50,698 nt of DNA from Monosiga brevicollis MX1 (GCF_000002865.3 NW_001865087.1:135049-185746), one strand, 5' to 3'; positions 12,701-24,839 are shown, counted from the stretch's first letter. Translations and numbers: made by a program. The notes: generated by a model not told the origin, from the sequence alone.

Positions 12701-13793
12701 CAGGCACAACTGTTCTCAACACCTGTCGAAATGCGCTGTTGTGTCAGCGTTTCGGAAGGACCTGCAGCCTTTTTGTCAGCATACCAAACAACCTGTTGGC
12801 GTCAAGTCTAACACAAGTCACACTTAAATAACATTCGCGTCATCAGTCACACGCAAAGTGTGACACAATACACACTGTAAAGGGCTCGCAAGCTGGTTCC
12901 ACGCAGGAATTCAGTTGGTAACAGCTGTTGCGACCAAACTTCCCATGTGTTTTACTTTTTTTTTTTTTCTTTTTTTTCTCTTTTTTTTGGGATTTTTATT
13001 TTTCTTTGTTCTGGTCATTGAAACGGCAGCGCCACTGCCTTTCTGCTGCTCGGCTGCCGTCGTAGCCGCTGCCGTCTGCCGTGCAGGCAGACCCTTGCGC
13101 TTGATCGCGCATTTGGGACAACCTTCCCTTCGTCACGACCTGCCGGCGTTTTAGCCCGGGTGACCCTGACCGCCACCACCCAAAGGTCAGCACGAGATTG
13201 CTTGCGATGACATACCTGACCTCGATCCTGTCACATTCTCTGCTTTTGGTTTCATTCCGAGTATGATCTCTGCTTTTCGCATGACTTTTGCCTTTGTGGT
13301 TCTCGTTGATCTTGAAGCTTCTCTGCCGTTGCGCTGTGATGATCCTTCTCTCTCTCTCTGTGTCTCTTGCGTGTGGTGGTGAAGTGCGTGAGTGCTCTCT
13401 GGATCATAACGGCAGCGCCGCTGCATCAAGCCAGCACCGGGACCCACAACAGAGTGTGAACAAGCGTGCGTGTGTTTCCTTCGATCCCTCCCCTGCTTTC
13501 CCGTTGGTCTTGCTGCCATTGTGGCTTGCACACACAAATGCAGGCAGCACTGACTCGGAGCCTCGTGTGTCCGTTGAGCTAAATTTGTAACGTGATGTGG
13601 CAGTGCAAACCTCGACTTGGTGCCCCTCTGCTCCCGCTCCCCGATCACCCTGTCGACCCATTTTGCTTCCCTTGTTCTTGTTCTGAACCCTTGGTTTTTT
13701 GATGGCGTCCAGCTTGTGCTGTCGCCATTTGCCCTTTTTTTGCCTCTCTCTCTCTCTCTCTCTCTCTTTTTCAAAAAAACACCTCACGATTGC

Positions 13794-13861
13794 CGTGCTC
13801 GTCTTGCGTGCTCGTCCTGCGTGCTCGTCTTGCGTGCTCGTCTTGCGTCTTGCGTGCTCGT
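13794..13861. repeat. 13-bp tandem repeat (CGTGCTCGTCTTG), about 5 copies, upstream of the bZIP ATG
   Basis: Direct. Confidence 0.85.
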
Positions 13862-13966
13862 GTGACCTCACTGCGCAACTGTTTTTGTCAACTCGCCTTT
13901 GTACTTGTTCCAGACCAATTTTTTCGTCTTGGTCTAGCGCCTTGATCATCCTTTCCGACCGCCACC

Positions 13967-15844
13967 ATGGACTCTCTTTTTGCAAACCTGCACGGGGCAA
14001 ACGGCGATGCTTTGAGTGCCTCAGACTTGATGAGCGCTGCCTCGGACGTGTGGATCTCCGATTCCGCTTCGGACTTGCATTTTGCTTCAGACGTGTTTCT
14101 CGAAGATGCAGATGCCTCCAACACACTGGAATCCGTCTTTGGCGAACCCATCGCCTGTCCCGCCACAGCTCTGTCCCATCAAGAACAGCAACACAACGCA
14201 GCCCAACTCCTCGTTCTCCCAGAGCAACAACAACCACAACAACCACAACAGCCACAACAGCAACAACAGCAGCAGCAACCGCCTCAACATGCCTCGAATG
14301 CCTCCTTGCTTACCGCCACACCTTTGCCCATCACGGCCACAGCCCCGGGCCTTCTACCTGCATCCACCGCCTCGACCACCACCTCCGGAAAACGCAAGTG
14401 CCACGCCACTTCGCACGGCGTGGCACCCCCTCCCAACCCCACAAAACGCCCCTACACGGCGACCCCGACACTCCCCCAACACAACCCCTCCTCCGCTCGT
14501 CCCCTGTCTCAAGCGCCAGCACAGGCGTACCTGGCCTTTCCCGGCCAATCCCTTCAACTGTCACACCAACAGCGACAATCCCAACACCGGCCGCAAGAAC
14601 ACCAACCCCAGCAAATGGCACAACAACAACAACAACAACACATTCAACGCCAACAACAACACCAACAACAACAATCTCATCAGCAACAACAACTACAACA
14701 ACAATCTCAACCGCAATCGCAATCAGCGCAACAACAGCTGACAGAACTGCGCCCACAAGCTGGCAGCGCTTACGCAGCCCACCCCAACACTACTCCTTCT
14801 CTGCTTCCTCCGCCCCACTCGGGCAACAACCATGCCTCCTCAAGTGGTGCCCAACAAGACCTCGCCCCTCCCAACACCCTCTGTCCTCCATTGAGTAGCT
14901 CCGCCTTTGCCTCAGCAAAACGACAAGGGCTGACTCCGGAAGGGGCCCTGGCTCAGTTTCTCACTTCCATTACCGACGAGGAACGTGCCCTGATCATCTC
15001 AGAAGGCGTTGACGTCCCCCTCTCGGGCCTCATCACCCAAGCGCAGAGCCGCGAACTCAAACGCATGCGCCGCAAGGTCAAAAACAAGCTCTCCGCCAAA
15101 GACTCTCGTCGTCGACGCAAGGAGTACGTCACTCAACTCGAGGAGGAAAACGCTCAACTCCGTGCCCGCCTTGTGACCCTTCACGATCAATCCATGGCTC
15201 GTCAGTCCATGCCAGCTACCACCTCCTCCTCCTCCTCAACCACCACCACCACCACCACCACCACCACTACCACGAGCAGTGCTTCCCCGTCACGCGCCCA
15301 CTCACAGCCTTCCTCAGGTCGTCGCCCGGCATCACGCCAGCATCATCAAACTTATGCCATGGTCATGATCATGCTGGCCCTCTCCTCCTCCACGACGCGC
15401 CTCGGTTCTCAGCCCCTGACAGGCGCCCCCAGTCCCAACCTTAGCCTCAATTTGGCAGAGAAGATGGGTCATGGGCACAATGCCGTTTTGGCCTCATCCC
15501 CGCTCTCTGGCTCAGACTGTGAAAGCGTCGATGACCTTTACGGTGACGCGGGTTCAGAGCTCGGGCTAGCTGAAAACCCTCTATTCTCTGATCTAGCTAG
15601 CAATCAAGACGCCGACCTCATCGAGCCCCTCTCCACCCTGCTCAAGCAAGGCACCGCCGGTCTCAACATGCATGTTGCCAACCTTCCTGTTGCTCTCCAG
15701 CAACAGCTCGCCCACGTTCTCTCGACTGCTGGTCCCCAGTTTGACTCGGGTGCCATCGAACAGGCTATTGTTCTTGCCCCAAAGTCCAATGACAATCTCT
15801 GGATGCAGGATACCGCTCCCAAGATTGAGCCAGTCAGTCAATAA
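13967..15844 (+). CDS. CREB3/OASIS-family bZIP transcription factor, 625 aa, single exon
   Basis: ATB motif plus basic region ITDEERALIISEGVDVPLSGLITQAQSRELKRMRRKVKNKLSAKDSRRRRKEYV matches the CREB3-family pattern LTxEEKxxLxxEGxxLPxxxPLTKxEExxLKxVRRKIxNKxSAQxSRRxKKEY. Acidic N-terminus and polyQ tracts. Confidence 0.88.
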   Translation: MDSLFANLHGANGDALSASDLMSAASDVWISDSASDLHFASDVFLEDADASNTLESVFGEPIACPATALSHQEQQHNAAQLLVLPEQQQPQQPQQPQQQQQQQQPPQHASNASLLTATPLPITATAPGLLPASTASTTTSGKRKCHATSHGVAPPPNPTKRPYTATPTLPQHNPSSARPLSQAPAQAYLAFPGQSLQLSHQQRQSQHRPQEHQPQQMAQQQQQQHIQRQQQHQQQQSHQQQQLQQQSQPQSQSAQQQLTELRPQAGSAYAAHPNTTPSLLPPPHSGNNHASSSGAQQDLAPPNTLCPPLSSSAFASAKRQGLTPEGALAQFLTSITDEERALIISEGVDVPLSGLITQAQSRELKRMRRKVKNKLSAKDSRRRRKEYVTQLEEENAQLRARLVTLHDQSMARQSMPATTSSSSSTTTTTTTTTTTTSSASPSRAHSQPSSGRRPASRQHHQTYAMVMIMLALSSSTTRLGSQPLTGAPSPNLSLNLAEKMGHGHNAVLASSPLSGSDCESVDDLYGDAGSELGLAENPLFSDLASNQDADLIEPLSTLLKQGTAGLNMHVANLPVALQQQLAHVLSTAGPQFDSGAIEQAIVLAPKSNDNLWMQDTAPKIEPVSQ

Positions 15845-16399
15845 TTGGCCAAATCTTGGCCGGTTCTACAACCCCATTTTGTCTTTTTTTTTTTTTTTTT
15901 CAGCTCCAAATCACAAATTTGCAGTGCCGCCGAACCTTGGCCCCATGGCCGAGCGGAAAAGACACGATTCCTGTGAGCAGAGCAACAAAAAGGTGACGGA
16001 GCATCGCACGACACAAAAGCTACGAAATTCACAAACTCAAGAGCAAAAATAAAACCAAATACAAATTATCAACGACAACAAAGACTGCGCCGTTCGAAGG
16101 TGTCCGCATGACTACCTTCTTTGTTTGAATACCCGCCGCGCACGGACCACCGCGTCATTTTGCCACCGGCAATAAAATGCCCGCCAACTCGAATCACTTG
16201 CAAATAGGGCCAATCGGATTGAATATGCTCAAAAATCGAACAGAAAGTGTTTTTCTTCTTGAAATCTCTCGTTTGCCAGACATAGCGCGGCTCGGGCATA
16301 GAAGTGGATCGGCAGAGATGATACATCGTGTACAAATCTCGATTGCGCTTCTTGTTCTCTTAAATCCCTATTCATAAATCTGATTGCCTGCGTGGCCAT

Positions 16400-19302
16400 C
16401 CCTTGCGCCCTTGAGCGGTTCTGTCTCGACTTGAAGGCCCAGGGGCTTCATAGCCTCTCAAAATCGACCTATCCTTCACGCTGGCGCTCAGCCCTAAAAA
16501 GTCAACCGCTTCTTTTCACGCCTGCCACCATGAACAAAGAGAGAGCACCGACAGAAATTGTGTGAAGGACACAAGCTTTTGCAAAGCCAAGTCAAACCAC
16601 GAGTTCGTAGCTTCGTAGAAATAGCAAGCTAAACTCGACGTACCTTCGCGAAGATAGGAGGTACGAAGCGTCCTCGATCAAGTCATGCGACTCTGTTTTG
16701 AACATGTATACGCATTCCAACAAACGCGCACGCTTGGCTTGTTGCATAGCCTGTGTACGAGAGCAAGAGACATGGGGTAGAGCACGATTGAGAAGGGGGG
16801 AACACAAAACACACTAGATCGGCCCGCCTCTGAACGGTCAGAAGCTGACCTTGGAGCTCTGCGCGCCTGATACTCGACTTGCTGCCACGACCGCGGATGG
16901 TGTACCATTCGAAGAAGATTGCGTCGAGTCTGATACAAGCTTTTTTTTCCTTCCTCGTCTCTTGGGCTTTTCAACCTCTACTTTGGGCAGTGCCGCGGCA
17001 ACGCATGTCGCAGGTCCGGGCTTGGCATCCTGGCCCTTGCAAGCACGCTCTACTTGACTTTGCAAGGACCGTACTGTCCGCTCTCGCAAAGCAGCACGTT
17101 GCTCCTCCTCATCTGTCGTTCCCCGCCGTCACGAGCAACCAATGTTATTTGCAAAAGCACACCTTGCGTGCGCAAAATTGCAAAGCACATACCCTGAATG
17201 GGGTGACGTTGCACGTCAAGTGGTTTTGGAAACGCTTGCCATTCCGCTGGGTGCTCACACACTTGCAAAATCTGCATTGATGGTCTGTTCCCAAGCAAGC
17301 GTCGCAGGCCAGACAGTCAAAAAGAACAAGATGAGCTTTAAAAAGCCACACGTTCTTGAAACGGGACAAGAGCGTCATCTACCGGTCCAAGTTTGACCAG
17401 TCGTGCTTGGGTCGAGGCCGATAGATGCGATCTACAAGGTACACATGGCTCTCGTGCCCGGACCGAGTCGGTCGACCTACAGCCATGGAAATTTGGATGA
17501 AAGAAAGACACGAGCAAGTGACGTGAATGTGTGTGACCCACCACACAAAGCCTCAACCATCAACGGACTCTCAGACCAGCATCTGCATACAAACCACTAA
17601 TGTACTGGGCGCGGTGCAGCACGCAGCAATGGCCACGATACAAGTGGGCTGGGATACTGCGCATCTCGGGGGAAAAGGCCAGCTACAGTCAACATGCCAA
17701 CGCAAATCGCACGTGTCATCCTAAGCCTTTAAGTTGCTGTCGCATCAAGGGTGGACTAGAATTCAAACAGGCACGGCAACCGAGGAGAGCGAGGGGCGGG
17801 GGGGGGGTGTACCTCTTGAGGATGAAATTGGTGGCGGGGCTCACGCATGGAGTGCTCAGGAAAGAAGAAGCAACGGCCTGTCAGCCAAGGCTGGCCGTTG
17901 GCATCGCGCCACAGCTGCATTGCATCAGGTCATTAGTCCATGTAGGGTGTCGTATAGCACCAGCACGAGGGCACGCGCGCAAGACATACCATTTCGATGC
18001 GCATGACCTCGTAAACCTGTCGCGCTTGCGGGTGGTTGGCGGGAATAGTACCTTGCCCCTTGGGCCACGAACGCTATCGTTGTTGTCCATACAAAGCAAT
18101 GCCATCAATAGCAATCGAGTTCCTCGTAAAACCAACAAAGCAAAACCAGAAGCAAAACTACATCGGTTCTAATCTCGAGTCTCTCAAAGCGCACAAACAG
18201 GCTCCTTTACCTGCTTTGTGGGTTTGAGCGAACTACGGCGCACGGAGCTCATCAAGTGATCTTCGAGCGCCTCCGAATTTTCTGCCACGACATAAATGCA
18301 ATCTCCCAAGCGCAGAAGTGCAGGCTTGGCGTCATGCCAAGGATTTGTGACCTCAAGCGTTCGGTAATGCACCAGAGTTTCATCCAGCTGTTCTTCAAGA
18401 GTCGCCACTCGACTTGCCAAGCGTCTGCTAGCGCTGCGCATCTGCGCGTGCTTGGCTTTGAGCTGTTTGGCAGCCTGTTCTCCCCGGGAGATAGCAGGCC
18501 GGGAGATGGCCAACGCCAGGCGTGTGAGCGTCGGTAAATGTGACACGATGACGTGCATCGCAAAGCAGACACCAAGGCAAACCTACGTTGTCGTAAACCT
18601 GCAAGGCCATGGTTTGTGCCAGCAATCGTCGCGAATGGTCAATCACATCTGAGAGCGTGACACTGCCATGCCCTTTTCGACGATATGATAGGGTCGTGAT
18701 GAGTTCAGTAGACTTGGTATTGGTTGCTGTTGCGGTAGATCGTAGGTGAACCATCTCATCCACCGCTTGGGTTAACGCATTCGCATCGTCGCTGTGTTCA
18801 AGGCTAAACAACAAGTCCAACAGCATTCGGGTGCGTGCCTCTGTGAGGCCACCTTTGGAGATGATCGATGCACTTTCTGCGGCGAGAATTGGCATCCCTT
18901 CCGCGCTCAGAGTGGGAGGAGTTGGTGGTCTCGTGGGATGAAGCGTGCCGATGGAGTCTGATGTCGGTGTTGTTGCGACTGGTAAAGCCATGTCGGAAGA
19001 GGCTAACGGTGTGGAAAGAGGCCCTGCCCCTCTTCCGCCACCCAAATTCTTGTTGTCAAGATCAGAGAGTCCATCCAGCTCGTACAAAGGCAGGTCTGAG
19101 ACGCTGCTGCTCTCACTCGTAGACACGGGACCTGCCACTTCCACCGCTGACCACCTGGCTGGATTAGGTGGTAGCATGGCAATATCAGCCTCAAGCGCAG
19201 CACGCACCATCCTACCCGTATGCGTGAGATGCGGATGCGCGGGAATGGGATGAGTCACACCGATCAAAGACAAGAAACGAGTCCAAGCAGACGGTGTTAC
19301 GG

Positions 19303-19342
<40 letters not shown>

Positions 19343-22300
19343 AAAAAATAAAAAAAAAAAAAAAAAAAAATAAAAAAAAAAAAAAATAAAAAAAAAAAAA
19401 TAGTGGCGCAGCAGACGATACCCGAGGAAGCTGCGCGTTTTGTTGCGTCGATTCGTGAGTTGCTGCAGTGAGGCCTTGGCCTCGCTCAGCTGCGTTTGGT
19501 CACGTTGAGGCAAAATGAGCAAAAGATATCTTCAGTTTGTACACCAACGTATGAATGATCAGCGGATGTTCACACCTCTGAATGCAAGGCATCGCGAGAT
19601 GCCTCGACGGCGCGCGCCTCAGCTTCAGCGTCGATCAACTGGGCTTGTAGATCACGCCCTTGTGGTGCAAGTCGCGCTATCCCATATAAGACCGCGGTGA
19701 GCAACAGAGAAACCTCCACGCAGGGCAAACGTGCTCAGACAACTGACCTTGATCAGCCAGACGTTCGACATCGCTGTCCAGAGGTACTTCACGGCTGCGT
19801 GGAATGCCCGCGCAAAGCCAACAGCGGTAGTCTTGCACCTCAGCAGCCGCCGCCATTGTGGTTCCCATGCAGACCACATGCTGCCACGTCTGAGCCAGGA
19901 TTGAGAAAAAGGCCATCAGGTCCCAGGATGGAGTGGGACAGCATGGGGGAATAACCGTTCAAAAAACGTATCAGCGACACAGGCGCAAGATGTATCGGAC
20001 GACAAAGAGGAATGGCAAAGACAAAATGGTCATCTCGGCGCGACACGCACCCCACAGCTGCAGCATTGAACCATGTTTCCTTCATCGACAAGAGACTCGC
20101 AGACACAACTAAAGCAGATTGGGGCGTGGTGGGGGGGGGGGGGGGGGCAAGTGAAGATTGCATGAATCAATAAGGCGGTGTGACGCCTATGGGCCTGAGA
20201 GAAAGCAACCGTGGTGGTGACGTACCGAATGTGGTCAGACCACGGTGTTTTCGCAATGACACCCGTCTTGTCATCAACATTCCTGTTGGCATCGGCCCCG
20301 TGTTCGACGGCATCTCCGTGCATGGAACGGACTGCGACTGCCATGGCCTCGCTGGTATTGCGGACTTGATCTTGTAGGACTCGGCCACGATTCTTCAGAA
20401 TAAGATGACGTACAGCTAGAATGGAGCGGTGTTCTTTGGAGCCTGCATGTGTAAAGCAAAGGATGAGGCATTTCGAAGGGATGGCTGGCTCGAGTATTAA
20501 CAAAACAGATTGGCTCATGACTGGCAAAAGAGCTAGGCACGAGTGCACGAGTGCTGGCCGTGGATCTGACCTCGAGCAAATTTGTGAAAAAAGGCATCGC
20601 ACAAAGCTAGCAAGTCCTGTAAGCAGTCCTCGATATTCTTGTATTGGCCATCGTCCACACGCTCAGCAATGTCGTCCCAAGTCAACACTCCCTGTGCCAT
20701 TTGTCAGGAAAAAAAGCAAACAAACGGGAAAAACAAAACAAAAGTACAAAAAAAGTTCTTGTCAGCGCTCGTGGCAAGGTAGCAGATTCAGTGGCGACGA
20801 CGATATTAGGCATCGGCAAGATTGTACGCACGTTTTCACGCGCCAAGCGTGGGAGCGCGCGCATTAAGGGCCGGGCAACGAGGCCCAGTGTCTTGCTGCG
20901 ATGAGAGCTGAGTAAGCTGAGAAAATCATGCAGGGTAGTGGCCACGGCGACACGCTGATCAATCAGCCACTCCGGGTGAGCATCCAACACGTCGTTTACG
21001 CGCGAGCTTCGGCCTACCAGACAGGGCCGACACAAAATCATGAGTATAGCAGCACAGGATGATGTGGCGTGAGAGCCACGTGCGATAAGTGCGGAGCAAC
21101 TCAGAACTTCATTCGTCACCTTGAAATTGGTGTGCACGCCAAGCTGCAAAGCGGGCTTGAAAGGTCGATTGCATGAGCTGAGCCTGCTGTTGCAAGCGCT
21201 CAGCTTCAATGCGCTCAGCTTGCAGAAAGTTGCGCTGCCCTTCAATCGTGCTCTCCATCTGAAACAATAGGAGGCGGACACCAAAAAGGTAGGTGAGCCA
21301 AGCTCGGGTTGCCATACAATCGACCGGAGAACTGGGTTTAAGGCACAAGAGTCAAGGCGATGGTCCAACGTGCCTTGAGTATGGGTCGCGGTAGAAAAAT
21401 GTGGTTCGCGCGAACTGAGGCAAGCTGGCGCTGTGTCAAGGGCACAAATGCCTCGGCGCGCTCTTCAGCCTGCGCATGCCGATTTGGAATGGATGGTGCG
21501 AGCCATAAGAACCATGCGAATCACAAACGCAGCAAGAGAAAGCTTTGGATATCGTTGCCCCGCTTTTTCCTTAATCTTTGCATCATCATGTCTGCGCATC
21601 AGTACTTACCGAGCCTTTGTGCCAAAAGAAGGGGCGCCACAGCTGAGCAGGCTCAGTGCCTTCCTCAATGGCAAGTCTCAATGCGCTCAGACGACTTGTG
21701 CGCCGAAGCCGGTCATCACGCGCCTTTGGTCGGATGAAACCACGGCAATTGGAAGCACCACAGTGGCAAGCCTGGCACGCACAACCCATTGAGCAGCACG
21801 TCGTCAGCATGTCCAACTACGCGCAGCAATGTCTAAAACCCAGGCCGGCTGGCGCTGAGTGTAGCGCGAAACCAACCATGTCTTCCTTGAAAGACTCAAA
21901 GTTGTAGTCATAGGTGAGTTCCTCTCCAGCACGAATGGGCCGCTTGGCAAAAATTCCAACACGCCAATGACCTAGGGGATAGTGTGCATGCATCATTCAT
22001 TCGGCGTTGGCGACCGGTGAGACAAAGCCTCGAGTTCAGGTATTTGTTCATTTGGTCCACATGGCAAACGTCTCATGAGAAATTCCTCTGAAACTTGCCG
22101 AGAACACTCCACTTTTCGATGCAGCAGTTTGGGTCACAGCTATGATTGATGTAGCGAGCATCGCAGCCGGCTTTTCCGGCATCAATGACGAGTCCACCAT
22201 CTAAATTAAGGCAGTGGAAATGCTTGCGATTCTGCAGCGGGCCAAGCGTATGACCAGCCCAAGTGAGGACCAGGTCACGGCGGTCAGAGGGGCACGGAGG

Positions 22301-24407
22301 TCAAGAGGCGCCGCAAGACCTCGTAAGTGGTGGCGACGCGTTCCGCAAACTGCTCGGTGGACAAAACTTGGCCCACGTATTCCATAACAAAGGTTCCCTA
22401 CAGAAAAAGACGGGATGGCATTGGCGGCATCAAGCTAAGTGAGGGCCGAAAACAAGTCAAACGGATACTCGCCGGAAAAACCAAGGTTGCCGTCGATGCT
22501 GAAGTATAAAGATGTGAAGCTCACCGCTGGAATATCGGCCGTGGTGATGATTCCAAAGCCTTTAAGGGGGAAGTGGATGCGCTTGAGCTGACGCCACCAA
22601 GAGCGGCGCTGGAAGCTAGACACAGTAACCGGGCCCGGATATGAGCAAAAAGGCGGGCTAACATGCATGGTCCCAGTCCCAGTCCCCAGGAAGGAACCGG
22701 CCACGTGATGTGGTTGGTCAATGGCCGTGAGCTTACCGTTGGTTGCTGCATTGATCACCACAGGGGCAGCGTTGGGGATGACACTCAAAATACCTGCATG
22801 GTTGTTGTCGGGGCCACGATGGCAATGAGTTTTGAAGGCGACGGGAGCGAGCTGCAAGGGTTGGCTAAGAGCGGGGATGCGTCTGGGTGGTACCAACATG
22901 AGTCGGTTCATGCAGTCGGGTCCGCAGCCTGGCTGATATGGATCAGCGACACAATTGCAAACGTTGACCTCATGACGCATCTACTCGGGCCGAGAGGGAG
23001 GGAGCACACAGGGAGTGTTGAGCGAAAGCTTTGGTGGACATCAGTCATGACTTGGGGTTGGGCTTGATGAAATACCGGTCGAAAGTCAGGCGGTAGCTGT
23101 GAATAATCGTTGGTCTTCCGAGACGCAAACGTATCGCTTTCTGTTTTGAGTTTACGGGCGCCACGTCCTCGGGCCGAGCGAGAACGCTGCTGAGAAGCGG
23201 CGAGGGCATTGTCAGTCGCAGTAGCTTCGACGACTGGAGCCGATTCGTTGACGGGAATGGCTCGGCGTTGAGGCTGGGTGCTTTTGCGGCCTGCGGCACC
23301 ATGTGGGTTCACAGCTTCTGCAGTACTTGGAATGGCGGGGCTAGATTTGGATTTCGAGCTTGCCGTGCGTTTGCGACCCGGGCGCGAGGGGCCACGGCAA
23401 CGTGAGCTGGTCGGCTGCGTAGATGAATCGGCAGTGTTCTTGGGGCGCGTTGCTTTGCCTTTGGTTTTGGCCACGGTCGTTTTGGGTGTAGGCAAAGCCG
23501 TCACTTCTTCCCATATGGCATATGGTAGCTCGAACGCCTTGAAANNNNNNNNNNNNNNNNNNNNNNNNNNNNNNNNNNNNNNNNNNNNNNNNNNNNNNNN
23601 NNNNNNNNNNNNNNNNNNNNNNNNNNNNNNNNNNNNNNNNNNNNNNNNNNNNNNNNNNNNNNNNNNNNNNNNNNNNNNNNNNNNNNNNNNNNNNNNNNNN
23701 NNNNNNNNNNNNNNNNNNNNNNNNNNNNNNNNNNNNNNNNNNNNNNNNNNNNNNNNNNNNNNNNNNNNNNNNNNNNNNNNNNNNNNNNNNNNNNNNNNNN
23801 NNNNNNNNNNNNNNNNNNNNNNNNNNNNNNNNNNNNNNNNNNNNNNNNNNNNNNNNNNNNNNNNNNNNNNNNNNNNNNNNNNNNNNNNNNNNNNNNNNNN
23901 NNNNNNNNNNNNNNNNNNNNNNNNNNNNNNNNNNNNNNNNNNNNNNNNNNNNNNNNNNNNNNNNNNNNNNNNNNNNNNNNNNNNNNNNNNNNNNNNNNNN
24001 NNNNNNNNNNNNNNNNNNNNNNNNNNNNNNNNNNNNNNNNNNNNNNNNNNNNNNNNNNNNNNNNNNNNNNNNNNNNNNNNNNNNNNNNNNNNNNNNNNNN
24101 NNNNNNNNNNNNNNNNNNNNNNNNNNNNNNNNNNNNNNNNNNNNNNNNNNNNNNNNNNNNNNNNNNNNNNNNNNNNNNNNNNNNNNNNNNGGTCGCTAGC
24201 CTTGATCGCTGGCATCGCTCGTCGCTTCGGTCGTTTGGCTGGGTGAGCCAACGCTGCAGCTGCGTCCGGCCCCTGAACCGCCGTCGCCGCTGTCGCCGCT
24301 CTCATCTCGCCACGCAGCCGCGTCGACCGCCGAGCTGGCCGCTTCATCACCTTTCGCTCTTTCCGATCTGCCATCCCACCATCCAAACCCCGTCCCGTCG
24401 CCATCAT
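16400..24407 (-). CDS. ASH1L: ASH1L-like histone H3K36 methyltransferase (AWS-SET-postSET ... PHD ... BAH); both ends approximate, spans a gap
   Basis: AWS CNC...CGPDCMNR. SET GFGI, MEYVGQV, CLNLDGGLVID, ARYINHSCDPNC, ELTYDYNFESF. Post-SET CHCGASNCRGFI. PHD IR/CVCESLVDEGNMVQCCSCG/TWQHVVCM...YRCWLC. BAH LRLGDCIYV...GRPTRSGHESHVYLVD followed by VCEHPAEWQAFPKPL, similar to the ASH1L post-BAH segment. Confidence 0.85.
19307..19400. repeat. About 95-nt A tract with sparse T interruptions (poly-U in the sense of an ASH1L-like intron)
   Basis: Direct. Confidence 0.9.
23545..24190. other. Assembly gap inside the ASH1L-like gene
   Basis: N run. Confidence 1.
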
Positions 24408-24495
24408 GGAGAAACAGCCCCCAATATCACCTTCTCCACCACCACTGCTATCCTCCTCCTCCTCCTCCTCCCCATCCACCGCCACCGCTGTCAGG

Positions 24496-24640
24496 GTGTC
24501 GAGGTATTGAGGTCTCGCGGTGTCTCGGTATCGAGGTATCGAGGTCTCGAGGTGTTTCGGTGTCTCGATGTTTCAGCGTCTCAGCGTCTCGGTATCGGGG
24601 CGTCCCGGCGTCTCGGCGTCTTGGCATCGGGGTACCTGAG
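24496..24640. repeat. Degenerate 8-bp minisatellite (GTxTCGAG/GCGTCTCG type)
   Basis: gtgtcgag gtattgag gtctcgcg gtgtctcg gtatcgag gtatcgag gtctcgag ... strict 8-nt period. Confidence 0.8.
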
Positions 24641-24839
24641 GGTGCCTTGAGGGGGCCTCGGGAAAAATGAAATCGGATCCACAAAATGCGCTGCAACGCA
24701 AAAGTTCAAAAAAAAAAAAAAAAAAAAAAAAACGTGCTTCGAATTGTCAGAAAAAAAGAGAGGGAGGAAAAGAAAAGAGAGAGAGAGGAAAAGAGAGAAC
24801 TGAAGGGGGAGGTGAGAATGAATTGGTCGAGAGAGTGGG

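Noticed and set aside
13794..13861. CRISPR-like array
   Set aside because: Contiguous tandem repeats without spacers, no cas genes, and a eukaryotic context.
13699..14898. 399-aa alternative-frame ORF
   Set aside because: It overlaps the bZIP gene, and its poly-Thr comes from the CAA repeats read out of frame.
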